From positions 1 through 50,737 of the forward strand of contig JAVECL010000116.1 in assembly GCA_051942245.1 (NCBI GenBank): DNA of 50,737 nt, written 5' to 3'. This DNA comes from Trypethelium eluteriae (Eukaryota). Numbering within the stretch: position 1 is the stretch's first letter; each line of letters begins with the position of its first letter. The position numbers were made by a program, and so were the translations under genes. The notes under the pieces are model-generated. The model saw only the letters and a list, made by a program, of their open reading frames with translations. It did not search any database and had not been told where the DNA came from. Below are positions 43,943 to 50,737 of this stretch, in pieces.

Positions 43943-45009
43943 ATGGTGTCTCTTAATCTCATAGAGTCTTCCAATGACCGCATCAAAACAACCCTACCTG
44001 GGCTTGTTGCAGTCTTTGCCGGAGGTACCAATGGGGTGGGCGAAACGACAGTGAGGCAATTTGCCAAATACGCAAGTCAGCCGCGAGTCTATATTATTGG
44101 CCGCAATCAAGACGCCGGCGACCGCATCACGGCCGAGTGTAAGGTGCTCAACCCTGAAGGAACGTTCATCTTCATGAAGCGCGAAACTAGCCTGATACGT
44201 AATGTGGACGAGATATGTCACGAGATTACTGGCAAGGAAGAGGTCATTAACCTGCTGTTCTTAAGCGTTGGCACGCTACAAGTAGGCATGAGTGAGTCGA
44301 CGCCTACTAGAAAGCCTTGCCTTTTTGCTGAACCCATTCAGAGACCGAAGAAGGTCTGCATTACTCCGCAGCCTTGTCGACTTACGGTCGCAGTCGCTTT
44401 ATCACTAATCTACTGCCTCTAATCTGCCGGGCGAAAGGCTTGCGACGTGTCGTCAGTGTCTTCCAAGGCACTTACGAGGGCGAGATCAAAATGACCGACT
44501 TCCAGGGCTGGAATCTCGGTCTTAGGGAAAACCAGGGCCATAAGGCTTCCATCACGACTTTGGACCTGGAAGCGCACCACACAGCGGCGCCCGAGGTTTC
44601 GTTCGTACACAACTTTCCCGGCGCAGTCGAATCCGGTATTGGACGTGGTTCGATCGGCGGCCTGATGCGCGTGCTGAAGACTATTCACACCTTAATTGGC
44701 CCGCTGGTTAATATTCCACTGGTCGAAGCAGGTGATCGTCATGTCTTCTTTTGCACCAGTGCACGCTTCTCGATGGGTCCCGAAGACACGACGGCTGGTA
44801 TCCCATTGATCGAAGGACTGAATCTCGCGAGGGGCACTGATGACCAAATTGGCAGCGGCGTATATTCAATAGATGCGAATGGCGAGAGCGCGAACTCCAA
44901 GGTTGAGGAGTTACTCGTTCAGCTAAGAAGACGAGGAATGGTTGACCAGGTAAGGAAGCAAATGGAGTCTGATATCAATGCAGCCCTCACTTCCAGCAAA
45001 GACAATTAA
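43943..45009 (+). CDS. Atypical short-chain dehydrogenase/reductase (NAD(P)-binding Rossmann), 2 exons
   Basis: VAVFAGGTNGVG, YIIGRN, INLLFLSVG. Intron 44292-44341 joins to TEEGL..YGRSRF..LLPL, then FVHNFPGAV. Confidence 0.85.
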
Positions 45010-46056
45010 AAGTTGGCCACACAATTCCACGCAAATCTGCGTAACATGAATCCGGGGCCGACCGTGAAAAAATCAGTCGATGAGCAAACCAAACGAACTT
45101 TGTAACAGACTGTTCATTAAATGCCGCAGCAAACCCTACAATAACGATACGTGAAAAGCCAACAGGGGCATTCCCACTTCCAATAGGCGAAGATTGGAAT
45201 AATCAAAAAGGACCCTGCTTGAGGCGGATCAGTTTTCGATATGGGTCACCCGGGATGTAGCTTGGACCGCAAGACTGGACACAGTCCGTCTGGCTAGTGT
45301 TGCTGCTCTTTCAGCGCAGCTCTCATTTCTCTATGCTGGCAGGATCTATTCGAATACGCGAAAGCCGCAGTACCATACCATTCACCAGCAATAGCAAATG
45401 TCATATCTTGCAAGTGATAGCCGCGACTTGGAAACAAAGGCGGCTCTAGCAGCAAATCGGACAGCCGTTAGTCTGGAGTAAATTTCTATCGGAAGCCAGT
45501 AGCCTGCTGAGTCGGATCAGGTGGGAATGGACCTGGAGTGGGATGGTATTCGCTGTTGTCTCCCTGTCTGGCGGAGATGCGACCAGTCTCTCACCGTCTT
45601 AGAATCTGCGGGAACTATGGCACCGCAAGACCGGTGATCTCATTCAAAGATCTCCCTAAATTCGCGCATAAGAGTGTAGAACAAGGAGGAAAGCTATTCA
45701 GTATTGCCTTTTTGGCTCTTATCGTACGTAGGGTTTCTTTGTCGGGGAAGGTTGATAGGAATAAAATAAAAACACCCTTATTCTCTGGGTGCAGAGGATC
45801 TCCTGGCTATACAACCCTATGCTCCTAGGAATTATGCGGCCTGGCTCTCCCGTGTACTTGATGAACTTTGCTTCCTGGTAGATAGCAACTGCATCTATGA
45901 AATGGTTGGCGAATGTATCCAAAAGGAAGGCTAAATTCCGTTTCCAGCAACCAAGCACAGGCAGGCATGTTTTGAGCATTTCGATAGATTAGCCAAGACT
46001 CTTGAGATTGCGAATCGCGGGACTAAGTCTAGTAACGTATATCACAGAGGATGGCC

Positions 46057-47600
46057 TTACATGATCTCCTTCGGAGGTAGGTCATCCACATGCTCCACGT
46101 CATCCTTCTTAATCTCTCCCTCCTGCGAACTCTTTGCACCGTTCTCCTCATCCCGTACGCCCCCTTCCTGAAGTCCGATCTTGGTGGTTGTGAACTTATC
46201 CGCCACGTCCCGATACGCTGGAACAAAATTCACACATAATGAGTACGACCATGCCGCAACAAAGAACGCCAGTGGCACCGACATCGCCTTGGCTGTGCTG
46301 TTGTGCAAATCTGCCACTGCGCCAAGCAATGGGGGCACGCAGGCACCGCCGGAGACTCCGCCCACGATAAATCCTGAGCCCCGCTTACTGTATTTTCCTA
46401 GTCCTCTCATGCCCAGTGCGACGATGGTAGGGAAGCAAATACTTTCGAAGAAGAGAGTGACATAGAGCATGCTCATGCCTGTGTTGCCTCTTTGCGTGAT
46501 ACTAGGCGCGATGAAAATGATGCAGCACGTAAGGTAGAACAGGAATACCCATCGTGGTCGGATGAACTTCATCAGACCAACACCAGTGAAGCGACCCAAA
46601 GCGAAGGCTCCTTGGGCTCCAGCAAGGAATTTAGCGCCGAGACTAGAGTCTGTGCCGGGACGAGTTTCGGTAACATAGTTGATGAAGTATCCTGCGATGG
46701 CGACTTGCGCACCAGTGTAGCAGAATTGTGCAAATGCCGCGTGGAAGAGACGGTATTGTTTGCGAAAAGGTTTAACGTCTGTATTGGCGTGGGTCTCTTC
46801 CGCTTGGAATTGCATGTCCGCATCAGTGATTTCTGGAATCGGACTGAAATAGAAGACGGCTGCGAGGATGAAGACGAAGCAAGCGATGGCGAGATAGACC
46901 CATTGAACATTGGTCAGCGCTTTTGTGTCATCGCCCGTTTTTAGAAAGAAGACATATGATCCTAGAACAGGGGCGACCACCGTTCCGACACCGTTGAAGG
47001 CTTGTGAGATATTGATTCTCATTTCAGCATATCGAGGAGGACCGCAAACTAAATTGGTCAGCAATTCCCGCAGTCAATGCATATGAGTTGGGGGAAACGC
47101 TTCTTACCAGTTATGTATGGATTTGCCGCAGTCTCTAAGGAGCCAAGTCCATTACCGATAATGAAAATGGCTGCGCAGAAGCCTCCAAAGGACTTGTGAA
47201 GGATACAAGGCCAGGCTACAAGTGCTCCGACACCATACAAGCACAATCCCCAAATGAAGACGGGTTTGTAGCCATAATGCCGAAGGATCCAGTTAGCGTG
47301 ACCCAGAGAAGCAAGGGGATAAGCTCTGAGTTTGCGGTCAGTCTTATGACGGAGCAAGTAAGGAAAGGTGCCAAACCCGAAGTACGCGGCCTGAAGACCA
47401 GATGATCTCGCTCTGGTGATGCCCAGTGTGTTCTGGAAGTGCTTATTGAGCGTGTCAAGTAGCCCATATGAAAATCCCCATAGGAAGAAAAGTATCGTGA
47501 CCAGACAGAGTGGGTAGATCGATTGCCGTAGTGTGAGCTCAGCAGCACGGGTACGCTGGTGGTCGCTGGTTTTGAGCGAGTTCTTCTTGAAGATAGTCAT
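46057..47600 (-). CDS. L-fucose/glucose-galactose permease (FucP/FHS-type MFS), 3 exons
   Basis: LFFLWGFSYGLLDTLNKHFQ, QAAYFGAY, LETAANPY, RINISQAFNG, AQFCYTGAQV, ESICFPTIVALG. Introns 47376-47326 and 47107-47049. Confidence 0.92.
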
Positions 47601-48415
47601 CGTCGAGGTCCGTCGACTTGCGCCGTCGATTTCGACTTTCTAACTCAAGGTGGTAGAATCGAGATGAAGTCGCGAAGAAAACAAAAGCATTGTGAGTGAA
47701 ATTGTACATTTTAATGAGGTTGTCCTTTTGGCACCTGTCTGGTCTCTAGGTAGCGGCCTATCAATTGGTCTGGAAGTTCTATGCATCGGGCTGTCCGTAT
47801 GCAAACGTTGAGTGGTGGAAAAGAGAGAGGTCGTGGGGTTGGACATGGTTCTCCACATGGGACACCCTTGGCGTGTGGGGTAGCTTGCAATTTTCGGCAA
47901 CTGATCTTGCGAAGGACGAAAGGAAAATTAGGGAGCTTCAGTGTGATGTAATTAGAGATTGAAACAAAAAGGACTTCTTCCAAATTCGTACACGCGATAG
48001 GCCCCGATTAAGACTCCCGCGACAGCCTAGGTACCGCTTTCGGCACGAGACCTACGAGAGCTTCTTCTAAGCGTCATAACCGGACATTGGGCGTTCCCTA
48101 AGCAGAGGCATAACAGAGCAAAGTCAAGACTATGGGTCTAACGTGAAGGTCAAATTAGACATCCATGCGACAAAGCTCGATGGTCCAAGCGCTTAGGTCC
48201 CAATTCTGCTCTTCCGGATCTGCGTCTTCGATCAGCGAACAACCTTATACTGCGTTCAGTTGAGCAGCCAAGTTGTCATTTTTCAGATCTGCGGTGACAC
48301 TAGAACAGCTGTGGAAAAAGTAAAGGCACAGGCAAGCGATCGTACTTGCTTAGAAAACAAGATTTGGTAGTGATATACCACAGGGGTTGGTAGCCAGTTG
48401 AGAACGCTTGCATTC

Positions 48416-49267
48416 CTACAACAGTCCATCCAAACCTTTGTCCGCATCCTGCTTTATTAAGTCGAGCATTCCCTGTTGCGGTGAGTGCTGATGTCTGGCA
48501 TATCAGAGCGGAGTACATGCCTCAGGCATCAATGGGCGCCCTTGGCCGTCCTTCACGTACCGAAACGGCATCTGAATGCTTTCGTGCTTGTCGAGCTTTA
48601 GCTCGGGCAAGTCCACGTAAGGGATGCCTTCCAGTAATGCTATTACAGATTGTCATTGGTGACGATTTCGTTATCTTGAGCTCCAGGCATACTTTGATTC
48701 TGAATGATCATTCTGGTGACTCGAACTGCGGTATCTGTTGTCATTTGGATCGGTCCTAGCCGCCGGCCTTCAAACCCCTTTTTGCGAAGTTCTGATGTTC
48801 GGTCTGCCTATAGTAAGTTCTACGGCTCAGAAAGGTTTTAGAACGGCTCGTTATACCCCTGGGCGGATCATCACCTGAAGCTCTAATATTAGCCAACTTT
48901 GCTATAGATCTTTGAAACGTATAATCTATCCAACAGTACCCAAAATGCCACCAAATAAAAAGACGTCAAATTTGAGAGCGTCGTCTGGACTCAATTCCTC
49001 TTGTGCAGCAGGATCTAAGAGACAGACTCGATCCTTCTTCTCGGCAAAGCTTATCTCTACGCTTTCATGGCCGCTGCTGAACCCTTGTACGCTAACGAGA
49101 TCATGTGGTAACTGCAATGATGGTGGTACAGAAGATAAGAGAAAGCGAGAGTTGGCATTGTGACACTCCTCTGCGATAGTCTTGTACTCGAGTGCGGACC
49201 AAGCTTCAAGCTCAGGGTCGAGATGTTCGACGACATAGGTTTTTGAGATAGTGGATGCGATATCCAT
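48416..49267 (-). CDS. sfm1: SPOUT-family SAM-dependent methyltransferase Sfm1 (DUF431), 5 exons
   Basis: YVVEHLDPE..WSALEY, VCLLDPAA, FLFGGILGDDPPRDRTSELRK, RRLGPIQMTTDTAVRVT, MPFRYV, MPEGMLDLIK. Introns 48939-48875, 48856-48804, 48692-48640 and 48520-48473 (GC-AG). Confidence 0.9.
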
Positions 49268-50506
49268 TTTCTGATCGACTCTGCCTTTCGTTAATATCAA
49301 TAGACCCAAACAAGTTGGCAGGGTATGACAAAAGCGTCGAGATCCACGATGCGAAGTTGTACCCGAACTTCGTTCTAGTGGCTCTGTCAAAGCTGCAGGG
49401 AGTATGGAGTACTGCAGAAATGACAACAGAATTACATAGGAAACATGGGATGACCACCGATCCGATGCAGCAAACTTCCCAGCGTAGTGTGTGAACTACC
49501 CTAGGCACTGGTTTTTTCCACTAGAACCCACCTGAGTCCAGAGTCTCGGCACCAAGAGGCCCAAGGAGGATTCCAAGGAGGCTTGCAGCAGTCCAATCAG
49601 ATGTGCAGATTGCGGAGTTGAAAGAGTCAGCTTGCAGCAAACGGTACAAAGCGCGGTTTGTGGAGTGAGAGGATTTGGCCCTGCGTATCGATAGCGCACA
49701 AAAAGCGGGGAGTAAAACTTTAGAAGAATAGAAATTAAAGAAAATGCACATTATCTCTTAGAATCAGGTTGGCAGCGACTTTCGTGTATGCCCAGATCCA
49801 TTCTGGAACGAAATCTTAATCTTGTTAGTTGCCGCTCGATCCCATTGGTCTCGCAGAGACGCAGCCGGTTTTCACCACGATTCATCAGCTCTTCCACTTT
49901 TCTCCAGACCTCTTCGCAACTGGCTCCACACCCTGCCCGCCTTTTCAGAGCGTACCTTGATACTTACTCAAGCTACCCAGTGGTAGACCTCTTGAATTTG
50001 ATCGTTGCTTGGATCTGAGTGTTGACCGAGAAACCCAAGACACAACACGCTGAGCATCGCGGAACTGCCTAACTACTTCTATTTGATTCGACGAACCGTC
50101 TTAATCAATTGCGACTGGATCTCAAGCTTACTGGAAGCTGTCGATCCCCTCCAGCCCATCAGGGACGTCGTTGCCCGGCAGTCGATCTTGGTGCAGCACA
50201 TCCTGGTCAATAGAATACATTCTCATATCATAACAATCACGCGACAACGCAACTTTCGAAGCTTCCCCATCAAGACGCACGCATACGACAATCCTGAAAC
50301 ATACCATTGTGTGCATTGCGAGACTTCCTTGTAAAATATACGGTTCTCCACTTGCTGCTCACGAGGTGAGGGGTTGGGATAAAGGGAAACAACAACAAAG
50401 TTTGGCAAAGCTTGGCCAAAACACTTCCCGGGCCCGGTCCTACACCCTCTTCTGCGAAGCCTACATACATTCTCAAACTTTCTACGAATTCCTCCCAACA
50501 TACACA

Positions 50507-50737
50507 ATGGCCTTGAATCCTCATCAGCGGAACAAGGTCGATGTCAGCGTGAGTGACAAGCATGGATTCAAGGGTGAATTGAAGCTTCGCTGACACACCA
50601 GCAGTCCATGACCGAAGAGGAGCAGAAGCTCTTCCGCCTCTACGGCAAGCTCCCCAACAAGAAAGACCTGCTGCAGAACAAGCTCAAGGTACATCATCCT
50701 CTCGTCTCCTCCCCTTCCCCCCTTCCAGCATCGTCCC
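50507..50737 (+). CDS. igo1: Endosulfine/ARPP-19 family protein (Igo1-like), 5' part; runs off the window
   Basis: MALNPHQRNKVDVS, intron 50549-50604, SMTEEEQKLFRLYGKLPNKKDLLQNKLK, then a donor at 50689. The diagnostic FDSGDY motif would lie beyond the window. Confidence 0.8.

Noticed and set aside
1..50737. Many 60-180 aa antisense or alternate-frame ORFs in the track; tRNA, rRNA and CRISPR arrays
   Set aside because: The ORFs are shadows of the real genes or random. No tRNA-like fold, rRNA similarity or repeat-spacer array was seen by eye.

Overview
Eukaryotic DNA from a filamentous ascomycete (Pezizomycotina-type short introns with CTRAC/CTRAT branch sites). About 19 protein-coding loci were assembled by hand across introns. 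No tRNA, rRNA, CRISPR array or intact transposon was seen. Conserved housekeeping genes lie near both ends (rae1/gle2 and kex1 on the left; sfm1 and an igo1/endosulfine 5' part on the right). Between them is a ~37 kb accessory/metabolic block: a PhdK-like aldehyde dehydrogenase, a decayed Zn2Cys6 gene, a 9-exon terpene synthase, an MFS transporter, a head-to-head CPR + CYP630-like P450 pair, a decaying dehydrogenase/sugar-porter/Zn2Cys6 module, a head-to-head pair of a leaderless Kp43-like S8 subtilase and a small beta-rich orphan protein, a DUF1593 protein, an SDR and a fucose-type permease. The best candidate for an undescribed system is the subtilase + small beta-rich protein pair, whose layout resembles fungal protease/gasdermin modules although the partner is not gasdermin-sized. 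Also notable are a probable AT-AC intron inside a Zn2Cys6 domain and two GC-AG introns. All family calls come from motif recognition by eye; no database search was run.
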